From: Parvibaculum sp.
GTDB taxonomy: Bacteria > Pseudomonadota > Alphaproteobacteria > Parvibaculales > Parvibaculaceae
Assembly (NCBI RefSeq): GCF_019635935.1
Contig: NZ_JAHBYN010000001.1
Span: 2,507,532 to 2,571,531, forward strand
Length of the DNA: 64,000 nt
Reading direction: 5' to 3'
The translations under genes were made by a program, and so were the position numbers. Positions 10,772 through 21,153 of this stretch are shown in pieces. Each line of letters opens with the position of its first letter. Within the stretch, counting starts at the first letter, position 1. The notes beneath the pieces were generated by a model. The model saw nothing but the letters and a program-made list of their open reading frames with translations. It was not told the origin of the DNA and made no database searches.

Positions 10772-11563
10772 ATGCGTGGCGGTGTGTGGTCTGCTTGCTT
10801 GATTTTGATGCTCGCCGCGGCGCCCGCCGGGGCCGAACCGGCGCCGGACGGCGGTCCGGGCATGACCGCGGAACGGGATGGCGCGGGCGGCCGGGCGTTC
10901 GAAGCGCCATGGGGCCGGGCGCCGGCGGAACCTTCCGTCGCCGGAGACGAGACCTTTCAAGGCGGCTTCAACTGCCGGGCGCCCGCAAGCGCCGCGGGGT
11001 CCGGGCCGATCGTTTGCCAGAGCCGGATCAATCCGGTCCTGCCGGATTTCCTGTTCAGCTTGCGCTGGTATCTCGATCCTGAGACCGGCGAACGCGTCGT
11101 CACCGGCATTTCGATCCGCCGCGAAGGCCGGGCCGAACCGTTTCAGGTGATTGCCGGCCTTGAGGCGCGCACCGCGCCGGAAATCGCCGATGGCGGCTTC
11201 GAGATCATTGACATGGATTTCGACGGCTATCTCGACATGCGTCTCATTGCCGGGGGAACGGCCGGGCCGAACATGCTCTACCGCAACTGGCTCTGGGTCG
11301 CCGACAGCGGCCGCTTTGTCGAAAGCGCCATGCTCGACGAAATCGTCACGCCCGAATTCGATCCGGAGACGCGGGAGATCGTCAGCCGCTGGCGCTCAAG
11401 CGCAGCGGAGGGCGGCGTCGACGTTTATACTTGGGACGATGGCGTGCCGGTCATGATCCATCGCGAGGTCGACCGTTTCGACGGCCCCGCGCGCTGCACC
11501 CGCACGTTTTTCGACCGCATTGACGATGAAATGCGCGAAACCGGATCGGGCGCCTGTTCCTGA
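10772..11563 (+). CDS. Secreted hypothetical protein, XAC2610-related-like
   Basis: Signal peptide; DMDFDGYLD Ca-loop-like motif followed by WLW…F…FDPETREI. Confidence 0.55.
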   Translation: MRGGVWSACLILMLAAAPAGAEPAPDGGPGMTAERDGAGGRAFEAPWGRAPAEPSVAGDETFQGGFNCRAPASAAGSGPIVCQSRINPVLPDFLFSLRWYLDPETGERVVTGISIRREGRAEPFQVIAGLEARTAPEIADGGFEIIDMDFDGYLDMRLIAGGTAGPNMLYRNWLWVADSGRFVESAMLDEIVTPEFDPETREIVSRWRSSAAEGGVDVYTWDDGVPVMIHREVDRFDGPARCTRTFFDRIDDEMRETGSGACS

Positions 11564-11582
11564 GAATTTGCGCCGGCAACCC

Positions 11583-11993
11583 TCAGAGCGGCATGTGCCG
11601 CGCCCGCGCGCCGCGTTCGATGGCGGCGGCGGTCAGCTTGTCGATGTCGAGCGCGTCGCGCAGCAATTGCAGCAGCCGGATTTCCTCCGCGCCCACCGCG
11701 AGATCGGATGTCGCGATTTCGACCGCCAGCGCATAGCCCGTCTCGCGCAGATGCGGCGGCAGCGCGTCCTTCACCAGCCCGAACACTGCGTCGAGTCCGC
11801 CATCTTCCTGCAGGATCGCGGCGCATTCCTTCGCCACCGGGATCAGCCGCTCGGCATTGAAATTGCGGAAGGCCGGCAGCGTCTGGACGATGGTGCCGAT
11901 GTCGCGCAACTCGTTGTCGCTCATCGCGCGATCGACGGCGCTCATCGTCACCATGATGTAGATCAGGGCATTTTCGGGAGAAATCGTCGACAT
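11583..11993 (-). CDS. TerB family protein
   Basis: LIYIMVTMSAVD, RETGYALAVEIATSD, EIRLLQLLRDAL. Confidence 0.85.
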   Translation of the reverse strand: MSTISPENALIYIMVTMSAVDRAMSDNELRDIGTIVQTLPAFRNFNAERLIPVAKECAAILQEDGGLDAVFGLVKDALPPHLRETGYALAVEIATSDLAVGAEEIRLLQLLRDALDIDKLTAAAIERGARARHMPL

Positions 11994-12025
11994 GAGGCTT
12001 CCTTGGCTCGAATTTGCGGGCGAGC

Positions 12026-14917
12026 TTAGAGTTTGGTCCGGTTGGGGGCAAGCGCGTCGCCGAGAAAGGCCCGCGTCTCGGATATCGCCTCGGCAAGCCC
12101 CACCCGGTGAATTGTGACGCCGGGCGGAAAGGCCGAGGTCAGCCGTGTCGGCAGTCTTGAATCGAGCGCCACAAAGACGCCCCGGTCGCTGGCGCGCCGG
12201 ATCAGCCGTCCGAACGCCTGCTTCAGCCGCAGCCGCGTCAGCATGTCGTCATAGCGCGCCTTGCCGAAAACCTCGCGCCGCGCCTTGTGCAGAATGTCGG
12301 GCCGGGGCCAGGGCACACGGTCGAACACGATCATCCGCAGCGCATCGCCGGGCACGTCGACACCGTCGCGCACCGCATCTGTGCCAAGCAGGCAGGAATG
12401 TTTCTCGGCGCGAAAAACATCGACCAGCGTGCCCGTGTCGAGCGCGTCCACATGCTGCGCATAAAGCGTCAGCCCGGCTTCCTCCAGCGGCACGACGATC
12501 CGTTCATGCACAGCCCGCAAGCGGTGAATGGCGGTGAATAGTCCGAGCGCGCCGCCGCCCGACGCGCGAAAGAGTTCGCGGTAGGCCGCCGCGACCTGTG
12601 CAAGGTCGTCGCGCGCCACGTCGCGCACCACAAAAATGCGCACCTGCTTGTCGTAATCGAAGGGCGATGCCATGAAGGCCCGCCGTGCGGGCAGCGCCAG
12701 ATGCGCCGCGCCGGTTCGGATCTCCGCCGTCTCCCAGCCGTCATTGTCTTCCGTTTCGTCGATCAGCCGGTCGCGCAGCGTCGCCGAGGTAATGAGCACG
12801 CCATGCGCCGGCTCGATCACGGCATTGGCGAACGGTATCGTCGGATCGCGCCAGTGCCGGTGCATGCCGACATCGCCCTCGCGGCCGAAAATCCGTTCGA
12901 TCGAAAACCAGTCGACGAATTCCGCCGGCGTCGCGGCGCTTAGGCTCGCCAGCATCGCGCGCCATGACGGAACGAGAATGCGTGCCCGCCGGTCGAGCCC
13001 GCGCGCGGCCGCGTCCATGCGGATGCGCGTCGCGCTGTCGAGGTCTTCGGCCTCGTCGTCGAGCCGCGCCCGCAGGCGTTCGGCGACCAGCCGCAAGGGC
13101 GCGACCAGCCGGGCGAGAGCGGCGTCGAGTTCGCTTGCCGCTGAGGCAAGGCCTTCGACCGGCGGATCGGTGTCGGCTTCGAGCGAGAAGGGACTGTCAT
13201 TGTCTTCGGCCCGCGCGTGGACCTGCTGGCGCACCAGCGCCAGGAATTTTTCGGCCGCGCCGCGAGGGCTTCCGTCGTTGAGCCGCGCTGTCCAGCCCGG
13301 CCCCGGCAGCGCGGCGGCGGCCGAAAGCGCCGCGGCAAGCGCTTCTTCGGCCAGTTCGTCGCCGCCGACAAGATCGCCGATGCGCTCGTCGAGCCCGCGC
13401 CCGCGCCTTCCGCGCTGGCCTTCCGCGCCGCGCACCCAGCGCCGGAGCTCGGCCGTTTCGATGCCCGAAATCGAAGCCGAGAAGGCGCTGTCGGCGGCAT
13501 CGAAAATGTGATGCCCCTCGTCGAAGACGAAGCGCGACCTTGCTTCGCGGCCGCTCGGCGCCTCGTCCTCCGCGCCGCCCGCCGTGTCGGCGGGTTTGGC
13601 GGTCACGGTCTGTCCCATCACGCGGTCGAGCGCGGCCTGCCGCATCACCAGCGCATGATTGGCGACCACGATGTCGGCGCGTCGCGCCTTGCGGATTGCG
13701 CGTTCGATGAAGCATTTCCGGTAATGCGGGCAGGCGGTGTAGACGCATTCGCCGCGCCGGTCCGTGAGCCCGGTGCGCCCCGTCGCGCCGCCGAGCCGGG
13801 CGCCGAGCCATGCGGGAAAGTCGCCGCCCACCATGTCGCCGTCGCGGCTGGCTTTCGCCCAGCGCGCCACGAGGCCAATGGCGGTTGCGCTTCCCGAAAG
13901 TGCAGCCCGGTCCGCAAGTTCGGCGAAATTGAGCAAACAGAGATAGTTCTCGCGTCCCTTGCGGATGACGGTTTTCTCGGCCTTCTCGGCCGGGTCGGGA
14001 TAGAGCCGCGAAAGTTCCTGGTCGAGCTGGCGTTGCAGGTTCTTGGTGTAGGTCGAAATCCACACCGTCCCCTTGTTGCGCGTCGCCCACAGGCTCGCCG
14101 GCGCGATATAGCCGATGGTCTTGCCGATGCCGGTGCCCGCTTCGGCGATGACGACGTTGGGCGCCCCCGCCGCCTCGCGTGGACCGAAGGCGAAGGCGGC
14201 GGCGGCGGCGAAATCGGCCTGCCCCTCGCGCCGTTCGGCGTCGGCGCCCGCGAGCTCGGCCAGCCGCTCCCGCGCTTCCGCCTCGCTGACCGGCTGCGAC
14301 CCGGCGGGCGGGCGCGGCGCCTGCTCCTCCCATTCCGGCAATTCGTTCCAGATGTCGAAGCCGCGGCTTGCCGGCGGCCGTCCGTCCCGTCCGAGCGCGT
14401 CGGCCAGCGCCGCGACCACGCCCGGACCCCAGGCCCATCCGCCCTCCGCCATGCGAAAGGCGGTGCGCGCCGCCGACGGCCGGTCGGGCAGCGCACGGTC
14501 CTGCAGCCGCGCCAGCATTTGCGCGGCCGCCGCATGCAGCATGAGGGCTTGTGTCTCCGGCGTGTCGCCGGCATCGAGGCCGAGCGCGGCTGCCAGCCCG
14601 TCCGGTGTCGGCAGGCAGGGCGCCGCCGGATGCACGAAGGCGAAGAGTTCCATCAGGTCGAACACATGCGGTCCCGGCGCGCCGAACGGCCGTCCGCGCG
14701 CAATGCGCCGTGCCGTGAAGCCCGCATGCACCAGCATCACCGGCTCGCGCTCGATCAGCGCCAGCGCCGCCTCGGCGCCGAGTTCCTCGACCTCACCCTC
14801 GGCGCTGACGACGACAGCACCGCCCGCCGCACGGCTCGGCACGATGGCCGGCGCTTCGGGCAGGAATGCGCCACCGGTCGGGCCGTGCGTCGAATCGGAA
14901 GGTGCGTGTGAGGACAT
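12026..14917 (-). CDS. DinG/YoaA family ATP-dependent DNA helicase
   Basis: EAGTGIGKT Walker A, KGRENYLC, Fe-S Cys cluster (C…CPHYRKC), FDEGH, LITSATL, GVDVPG, QAFGRLIR. Confidence 0.92.
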   Translation of the reverse strand: MSSHAPSDSTHGPTGGAFLPEAPAIVPSRAAGGAVVVSAEGEVEELGAEAALALIEREPVMLVHAGFTARRIARGRPFGAPGPHVFDLMELFAFVHPAAPCLPTPDGLAAALGLDAGDTPETQALMLHAAAAQMLARLQDRALPDRPSAARTAFRMAEGGWAWGPGVVAALADALGRDGRPPASRGFDIWNELPEWEEQAPRPPAGSQPVSEAEARERLAELAGADAERREGQADFAAAAAFAFGPREAAGAPNVVIAEAGTGIGKTIGYIAPASLWATRNKGTVWISTYTKNLQRQLDQELSRLYPDPAEKAEKTVIRKGRENYLCLLNFAELADRAALSGSATAIGLVARWAKASRDGDMVGGDFPAWLGARLGGATGRTGLTDRRGECVYTACPHYRKCFIERAIRKARRADIVVANHALVMRQAALDRVMGQTVTAKPADTAGGAEDEAPSGREARSRFVFDEGHHIFDAADSAFSASISGIETAELRRWVRGAEGQRGRRGRGLDERIGDLVGGDELAEEALAAALSAAAALPGPGWTARLNDGSPRGAAEKFLALVRQQVHARAEDNDSPFSLEADTDPPVEGLASAASELDAALARLVAPLRLVAERLRARLDDEAEDLDSATRIRMDAAARGLDRRARILVPSWRAMLASLSAATPAEFVDWFSIERIFGREGDVGMHRHWRDPTIPFANAVIEPAHGVLITSATLRDRLIDETEDNDGWETAEIRTGAAHLALPARRAFMASPFDYDKQVRIFVVRDVARDDLAQVAAAYRELFRASGGGALGLFTAIHRLRAVHERIVVPLEEAGLTLYAQHVDALDTGTLVDVFRAEKHSCLLGTDAVRDGVDVPGDALRMIVFDRVPWPRPDILHKARREVFGKARYDDMLTRLRLKQAFGRLIRRASDRGVFVALDSRLPTRLTSAFPPGVTIHRVGLAEAISETRAFLGDALAPNRTKL

Positions 14918-14953
14918 GGGCGGCGAGTATAGCCGCGCGGGGCCTGAATGAAA

Positions 14954-16840
14954 TCAGTTGCCGAGGCTCGGATAGGCCTTGGCGAGTTCGCGCCATGTGG
15001 CGGTGATTTTCTGCTGCAGCCGCTGCACGTCGCGCATCGCGGCATCGATCTCGCCGTAGTTAAGTGCGGTTTCGATGTCGCCGGCCACATGCGAAATCGC
15101 CGCAAGGCCGATATTGCCGGCGGCGGCCCGCAAGGCATGCGCCCCTTCGGCCAGCGCTGCCTCGTTGCGTTCGGTGCGCGCCCGCTCGACGGCGCGATGC
15201 AGCGTCAATACGCGCTCGAGTCCCGACAGCAAATGATCCGTAATGCGTTGCGGTCCGACTTCGCGCTCGATGTCGTAAAGATGCCCGAGATCGATCAGCT
15301 GTTCCGGCTCCTTGCGCCTTGGCATCGTTGCATCGGCCGCGAGCGATGCGAAGTAACTGGCCGCGCCGCCCGGTTCCATCGGCAGCAGGAACCAGAAGGT
15401 GCTCCCCTGTCCCGGCGCGCTATCGACGCCGATCCGGCCGTCCATCAGCCGCACCAGCCGGTCGCAGATCGGCAGGCCGAGGCCCATGCCGCCCGCCTTG
15501 CCGGCGAAGCGGAAGTCGCGCGCATCGCCGCCCTGCCAGAAGGTTTCAAATAGCTGCGCGCGGGATTCGTCCGAAAGGCCGGGCCCTGTATCGGTAACCG
15601 AAAAGCGGATGACGGTGTCGCCGTCCGGTGTCTGGATCGGCGCAATGCGAACGACAATGCCGCCCTTGTCGGTGAATTTTATGCTGTTGCCGATCAGGTT
15701 GGTCAGCACCTGGCGGACGCGGTCGGCATCGGCCAGCATGTCGACATCCGCACCCTGCGCGACATCGAGTTCCAGCGAAAGTCCGCGTTCGTTCGCCTGG
15801 TGACGCATCATCCGCACGACGCTCCCGGCAAGCTCCGTCGGGTCGAAGCGGCGGTGCTTCAGTTCCAGCGACAGCGCTTCCATCTGCGACAGGTCGATCA
15901 TGTCGTCGAAGAGGCGACGCAGCAGCTGGCTTGTCTCCTCCATCGACTGTGCGATTTTCCGCTGCGCGTCGCTCAACGGTTCGTCGGCGAGATGCATCGC
16001 CATGTTGCTCAGGCCTTCCAGCGGCGCTCGCACCTCATGGTTCATGATGTCGAGAAACGCCTGCTTGGCCTGCATGGCGGCAGTCGCGCGCGCTTCCGCG
16101 TCCACGGCGTCGCGATGCTTTTGCTCGGCCACTGCATGGGCGCGCGCCATCCGCTCGGCGAGATCGGCATTTTCGAAACGCAGCCGGAACGCCTCGCGAT
16201 AGCTGGCATTCACGCGCCGCGTCCAGCCGGCGACGGTGGCGAAAAACATGGCCGCCAGCATGACGGTGGCGATCGCCAGGGGCTCGGCGCGCCACAGCAA
16301 CATCGCCACGGTCGGCAAGCATGAGGCGGCGATGTAATAGATGACGGCAGGAGGATGGTTGGCGCGTGTGATGGCTGTCGCCATGGCAAGACAGGCGAGG
16401 ACCAGCAGGTAGAATATCTCATGCGTGAACGAGGCGCCCGGCAGCCACAGCAACGACCCGACGCCCCATGTCGAGCCGCTGACAAGCGTGACCAGCGCAT
16501 AGCGGTTGGCCCACAGCGCTGCATTGCCCACGGCGTCGGGATCGGCGCGAAACCCTGCCCGCACCCGGTCGAACAGAAACTGCGCCACAAGCTGGATCGC
16601 CGCGACGATGCCGATGGTCCAGAGTGGCGCATAGGGCCAGAACGCAAGCCCCACCACCACGATGGCGCCGAAAACGGTCAGCCGGCTTGCTTCGCCGAGC
16701 TCCAGCAACAGGCGCACCTGCTCGGCGTCGATCCGTGCGTCGATGGGGTGGCTGCGGCGAACGGGGCCAACCGGCGCGGCGGCGCCCGCGCCGTCGGCGC
16801 CGGTTGTTGTCGATCCCTGCTCCGGTTCGGCGTCTCTCAA
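14954..16840 (-). CDS. Membrane sensor histidine kinase with C-terminal HPt domain and no receiver
   Basis: Multiple N-terminal TMs; H-box MNHEVRAPL; NLIGNSIKFT, DTGPG, GMGLGL; HPt AHALRAAAGNIG. TTG start with upstream GGAG. Confidence 0.85.
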   Translation of the reverse strand: MRDAEPEQGSTTTGADGAGAAAPVGPVRRSHPIDARIDAEQVRLLLELGEASRLTVFGAIVVVGLAFWPYAPLWTIGIVAAIQLVAQFLFDRVRAGFRADPDAVGNAALWANRYALVTLVSGSTWGVGSLLWLPGASFTHEIFYLLVLACLAMATAITRANHPPAVIYYIAASCLPTVAMLLWRAEPLAIATVMLAAMFFATVAGWTRRVNASYREAFRLRFENADLAERMARAHAVAEQKHRDAVDAEARATAAMQAKQAFLDIMNHEVRAPLEGLSNMAMHLADEPLSDAQRKIAQSMEETSQLLRRLFDDMIDLSQMEALSLELKHRRFDPTELAGSVVRMMRHQANERGLSLELDVAQGADVDMLADADRVRQVLTNLIGNSIKFTDKGGIVVRIAPIQTPDGDTVIRFSVTDTGPGLSDESRAQLFETFWQGGDARDFRFAGKAGGMGLGLPICDRLVRLMDGRIGVDSAPGQGSTFWFLLPMEPGGAASYFASLAADATMPRRKEPEQLIDLGHLYDIEREVGPQRITDHLLSGLERVLTLHRAVERARTERNEAALAEGAHALRAAAGNIGLAAISHVAGDIETALNYGEIDAAMRDVQRLQQKITATWRELAKAYPSLGN

Positions 16841-16928
16841 AGGTCAGGTCTCCGGGCGATGGCCGACGGCAATCCGGCCCCGATTGTCGCGTTGACGGAG
16901 GGGTGTGCTAAGCATAGGGTCCGCGCGC

Positions 16929-16934
16929 TTGACA
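16929..16934 (+). promoter_or_regulatory. Possible sigma70 -35 box (TTGACA) for lysS
   Basis: Perfect TTGACA 30 nt before the ATG; no clear -10 box. Confidence 0.3.
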
Positions 16935-16964
16935 AAGCCTTAAGTGATCCTTTCGAGACCAGAA

Positions 16965-18587
16965 ATGCCAGCCGACTCAACAACGATAGCACCATCCGCG
17001 CTCCTTGAGGCCGCCCGCGTCAGCAAGGCCTGGCCGTTCGAGGAAGCGCGCAAGATCGTCGACCGTCTGGAGAAGGAAGGCGAAACCGGCCGCACGGTCC
17101 TGTTCGAGACAGGGTACGGCCCATCCGGCCTCCCGCATATAGGCACATTCGGCGAAGTGGCGCGCACCACCATGGTCCGCCGCGCCTTCGAGATTTTGGC
17201 ACCCGGCGTGCCGACGCGCCTGATCTGTTTCTCCGACGACATGGACGGCCTGCGCAAGGTGCCGACCAATGTGCCCAATCAGGAGATGCTGGCCGGCTAC
17301 ATCAACATGCCGCTGACGAAAGTGCCCGATCCCTTCGGCACCCATTCGAGCTTCGGCGCGCACAACAACGCCCGCCTGCGGGCCTTCCTCGACTCTTACG
17401 GCTTCGAGTACGAATTCGCGAGCTCGACCGAGTACTACAAGGCCGGCCGCTTCGACGCGACGCTCCTGAAGGTGCTCGAAAAGTTCGACGAGATCATGGA
17501 GATCATGCTGCCGAGCCTGCGCGAGGAGCGCCAGCAGAGCTACAGCCCGATCCTGCCCGTCAGCCCGCGCACCGGCCATGTGCTGCTGGTGCCGCTCGTC
17601 GCGCGCGACGCGAAGAGAGGCACCGTGAGCTATGCTGAACCCGACACCGGCGAGGTGGTCGAAGTCCCCGTCACCGGCGGCAACTGCAAGCTGCAATGGA
17701 AGGCCGACTGGGCGATGCGCTGGGTCGCGCTCGGCGTCGACTACGAGATGGCCGGCAAGGACCTGATCGATTCCGTCAAGCTCGCCTCGCGCATCTACCG
17801 TGTGCTGAGCAACAAGCGCCCGCCGGAAGGCTTCAACTACGAATTGTTTCTCGACGAGGAAGGCAAGAAGATTTCGAAGTCGAAGGGCAACGGCCTCTCG
17901 ATCGAGGACTGGCTGCGCTATGCGAGCCCGGAAAGCCTGCAATATTTCATGTTCCAGAGCCCGCGCGCCGGCAAGCGCCTTTATTTCGACGTCATCCCGC
18001 GCAATGTCGACGAATATCTGGGCGCGCTGACGGCCTATCCGAAGCAGGATGCGCGCGAGCGCCTCAACAACGCGGCCTTCCACATTCACGGTGGAAATCC
18101 GCCCACGGAAGACCTGCCGATCTCGTTTTCGCTGCTGCTCAATCTGGCGAGCGCCAGCCATTCCGAAGACCGCAACGTGCTCTGGGGCTTCATCCGCAAC
18201 TATGCGCCCGACGCGACGCCCGAAAATCATCCGCGCCTCGACCATCTCGTCGGCTACGCGATCAACTACTTCCACGATTTCGTGAAGCCCGCCAAGAAGT
18301 ACCGCGCGCCGAGCGACATCGAGCGCGCGGCGCTGGACGATCTCGCCGCCCGCCTCGACGCCGCGCCCGCCGAGGCGAGCGCCGAGGAACTGCAGAACAT
18401 CGTCTACGAAATCGGCAAGACCCATGAGTTCGCGAACCTGCGCGACTGGTTCCGGGCGCTTTACGAAGTGCTGCTGGGCGAGGAGCAGGGTCCGCGCTTC
18501 GGCACCTTCGTCAAGCTTTATGGCGTCAAGGAAACCGTGGCGCTGATCCGCCGCGCGCTGGCCGGCGAGGACATGTCGAAAGGCTGA
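16965..18587 (+). CDS. lysS: Lysyl-tRNA synthetase, class I
   Basis: [15 protein letters not shown] (HIGH-like), [21 protein letters not shown] (KMSKS-like). Confidence 0.96.
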   Translation: MPADSTTIAPSALLEAARVSKAWPFEEARKIVDRLEKEGETGRTVLFETGYGPSGLPHIGTFGEVARTTMVRRAFEILAPGVPTRLICFSDDMDGLRKVPTNVPNQEMLAGYINMPLTKVPDPFGTHSSFGAHNNARLRAFLDSYGFEYEFASSTEYYKAGRFDATLLKVLEKFDEIMEIMLPSLREERQQSYSPILPVSPRTGHVLLVPLVARDAKRGTVSYAEPDTGEVVEVPVTGGNCKLQWKADWAMRWVALGVDYEMAGKDLIDSVKLASRIYRVLSNKRPPEGFNYELFLDEEGKKISKSKGNGLSIEDWLRYASPESLQYFMFQSPRAGKRLYFDVIPRNVDEYLGALTAYPKQDARERLNNAAFHIHGGNPPTEDLPISFSLLLNLASASHSEDRNVLWGFIRNYAPDATPENHPRLDHLVGYAINYFHDFVKPAKKYRAPSDIERAALDDLAARLDAAPAEASAEELQNIVYEIGKTHEFANLRDWFRALYEVLLGEEQGPRFGTFVKLYGVKETVALIRRALAGEDMSKG

Positions 18588-18590
18588 GCC

Positions 18591-19235
18591 TCACTGGCTC
18601 GCCCAGATGATCCGCGCCATCCATAAAATCTCTTCCGCTTTCAGCACCCGGTCGTCATGTGCCGGATTGAGCGAATGCAGCTCGACGCTTTTCGCGGTCC
18701 GCCGCGCCAGCACCTTGGCCATCACCTCGCCATCGACCGTCTTCACCACCACGCGGTCGCCGCGCCGGATACCCGCCGCCGGCGACACGATGATGATGTC
18801 GCCGTCGCGATAAACGGGTGCCATGCTGTCGCCGCTGACTTCCAGCGCATAGGCGTGTTCGTCGTCGAAATCGGGGAAGGCGACTTCCTCCCAGCTTCCG
18901 CCGACCGGAAACCCGGCATCGTCGAAAAAGCCGCCGCCGCCGGCTTGCGCCAGCCCGATCAGCGGCACGTTCCGGGCGCGCGCGGCTTTCTGCGTATCGC
19001 CGCCCACCAGCATCAGGAATTCGTCGAACCCCGCCCCCGTCGCGTCCAGAATGCGCGCCAGGCTCTCGGTATTGGGCCAGCGCGGCCGCCCCTTGGCGGT
19101 AATCCGCTTCGACTTGTTGAATGTCGTCGGGTCGAGCCCGGCCGCCTTGGCAAGCCCCGAAGCGGTCAGCCCGTGCCGTGCCGCCAGCGCGTCGATGGCG
19201 GCCCACAGCCGGCTATGGGAGAGCTTGCGCGCCAT
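18591..19235 (-). CDS. HTH + S24 peptidase (LexA/CI-like) transcriptional regulator
   Basis: N-terminal HTH WAAIDALAARHGLTASGLAKAAGLDPTTFN; S24 VSGDSM and VMAK dyad. Confidence 0.9.
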   Translation of the reverse strand: MARKLSHSRLWAAIDALAARHGLTASGLAKAAGLDPTTFNKSKRITAKGRPRWPNTESLARILDATGAGFDEFLMLVGGDTQKAARARNVPLIGLAQAGGGGFFDDAGFPVGGSWEEVAFPDFDDEHAYALEVSGDSMAPVYRDGDIIIVSPAAGIRRGDRVVVKTVDGEVMAKVLARRTAKSVELHSLNPAHDDRVLKAEEILWMARIIWASQ

Positions 19236-19390
19236 GGCCCGAATGAATTCCTCGTTTCGCGGATCGCTGGGAATAGTGCCACATCGCCCGGGCGTCCGCA
19301 TCCCGGATTTGCGGCTTTGATTCCTATGCCCCGCCTTGTTCTGCCTCCACCCGCTGGTTAGAGTGCGCCCGCGCAGCCGGAGAAACCGCA

Positions 19391-19738
19391 TTGCCTTCCA
19401 TCCTCTACAAAATCGTCGGCGAGCATGAGTGGCTCGCCGCCGCCGCCGAAGGCCGCTTCATCGGTTCGGCGGTCGATCTCGATGACGGCTTCATCCATTT
19501 CTCGACCGCCGGACAGGTCGCCGAAACGGCGGCCCGCCATTTCGCCGGCCGCAAGGGGCTGGTGCTGGTTGCGGTCGAGGCGGCCGCCCTCGGCGCGGCG
19601 CTGAAATGGGAGCCCTCGCGCGGCGGCGCGCTCTTTCCCCATCTCTACGACGTGCTGGACCTCAAGGCCGTGCGCCGCGTCGTGCCGCTGCCCGTCGGCG
19701 AAGACGGTGCGCATCTCTTTCCGGAGCTCGATGTATGA
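19391..19738 (+). CDS. DUF952 family protein
   Basis: LYKIV, DGFIHFST, KWEPSRGGALFPHLY. Confidence 0.9.
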   Translation: MPSILYKIVGEHEWLAAAAEGRFIGSAVDLDDGFIHFSTAGQVAETAARHFAGRKGLVLVAVEAAALGAALKWEPSRGGALFPHLYDVLDLKAVRRVVPLPVGEDGAHLFPELDV

Positions 19739-20790
19739 CGCGCATCGACCTCTTTCCGCTGGCGCGCCCCGTGATGAGCCTGCTCGACCCCGAAGCGGCG
19801 CACCGATTGACGTTGCGCGCGCTCCGCATGGGCCTCGGCCCCCGCGCCCGCGAAGCCGATCCCGTCTCGCTCGCGATCGACGTCCTCGGCTTTCATTTCG
19901 AAAATCCGCTCGGCATCGCCGCCGGCTTCGACAAGAACGGCGAAGTGCCGGACGCGATGCTGGCGATGGGCATGGGCTTTGCCGAAGTCGGCACGGTGAC
20001 GCCGCGCCCGCAAGCGGGAAACCCGCGGCCGCGCATTTTCCGCCTGCCGGTTCATCGCGCGGTCATCAACCGTCTCGGTTTCAACAACGAAGGTCATGCG
20101 GCGCTGAAGAAGCGGCTTGAGGCGCGCCGCAAGAAGCCCGGCATCGTCGGCGTCAATATCGGCGCCAACAAGGACGCGGCCGACCGCATCGCCGACTACG
20201 AAGCCGGCATCCGCGTCTTCGAAGGGCTGGCGAGCTATTTCACGGTCAACATTTCCTCGCCCAACACGCCGGGCCTGCGCGGTCTGCAAAACCGCGCCGA
20301 ACTCGAAACGCTGATCGCGCGCGTGCTCGCCGCACGCAAGACCCGGACGCCGGTGCTGCTGAAAATCGCCCCCGATCTCGGGGAAGACGAACTTGCCGAC
20401 ATCGCGGAAGTCGCGCTGGCGCAAGGGCTCGACGGTTTGATCGTGTCGAACACCACCATCGCCCGCGGCGATCTGGTTTCCGGCGTTCACGCGCAGGAGA
20501 CGGGCGGCCTTTCCGGCACACCGCTATTTGAAATGTCGACCGCCGTCCTTGCCGGCATCTACCGGCTGACGAAAGGCCGCCTGCCGCTTGTCGGCGTCGG
20601 CGGCATTTCGAACGGTCGCGACGCCTATCTGAAAATCCGCGCCGGCGCCTCGCTGTTGCAGCTTTACTCGGCCCTCACCTATGAAGGCCCCGGCCTCATC
20701 GCGCGCATCAAGCGCGAGCTGGCCGCCCATCTCGCCGAAGACGGCTTCGCGCATCTGAAGGACGCCGTCGGCGCCGATGTCAAACTCTAG
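19735..20790 (+). CDS. pyrD: Quinone-dependent dihydroorotate dehydrogenase
   Basis: NPLGIAAGFDKN, INRLGFNN, NISSPNTPGLR, LKIAPD, GGLSG; ATGA overlap with DUF952. Confidence 0.96.
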   Translation: MTRIDLFPLARPVMSLLDPEAAHRLTLRALRMGLGPRAREADPVSLAIDVLGFHFENPLGIAAGFDKNGEVPDAMLAMGMGFAEVGTVTPRPQAGNPRPRIFRLPVHRAVINRLGFNNEGHAALKKRLEARRKKPGIVGVNIGANKDAADRIADYEAGIRVFEGLASYFTVNISSPNTPGLRGLQNRAELETLIARVLAARKTRTPVLLKIAPDLGEDELADIAEVALAQGLDGLIVSNTTIARGDLVSGVHAQETGGLSGTPLFEMSTAVLAGIYRLTKGRLPLVGVGGISNGRDAYLKIRAGASLLQLYSALTYEGPGLIARIKRELAAHLAEDGFAHLKDAVGADVKL

Positions 20791-20802
20791 GAGACCGGAC
20801 GC

Positions 20803-21153
20803 ATGCCAAAGCCCGTCATCTATCACAATCCGCGCTGCTCGAAGTCGCGCCAGACGCTGGCCTTGCTGGAAGAAAACGGTCACGCGCCGAAGGTGATCGA
20901 GTATCTGAAAGAGCCGCCCACCGCCGCCGAGCTTCAGGCGATCCTGAAGAAACTGAAAATGAAGCCGCGCGATCTCATGCGCAAGGGCGAGGACGTCTAC
21001 AAGTCGCTCGGCCTCGACAACGAAAAACTCTCCGACGACAAGCTGGTCAAGGCGATGGTCGAAAACCCGATCCTGATCGAACGCCCCATCGTCGTCGGCG
21101 GCGCAAAGGCGAAAATCGGCCGCCCGCCGGAAAGCGTGCTTGATCTTTTCTAG
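20803..21153 (+). CDS. arsC: Arsenate reductase (glutaredoxin type) / ArsC family
   Basis: IYHNPRCSKSRQTL, NPILIERPIV, IGRPPE. Confidence 0.92.
   Translation: MPKPVIYHNPRCSKSRQTLALLEENGHAPKVIEYLKEPPTAAELQAILKKLKMKPRDLMRKGEDVYKSLGLDNEKLSDDKLVKAMVENPILIERPIVVGGAKAKIGRPPESVLDLF

Noticed and set aside
13217-14911. 564-aa plus ORF
   Set aside because: Antisense shadow of the DinG helicase.
18591-19235. CI-like repressor as a sign of prophage
   Set aside because: No phage genes nearby; this HTH-S24 gene sits in a common chromosomal context (lysS, DUF952, pyrD).
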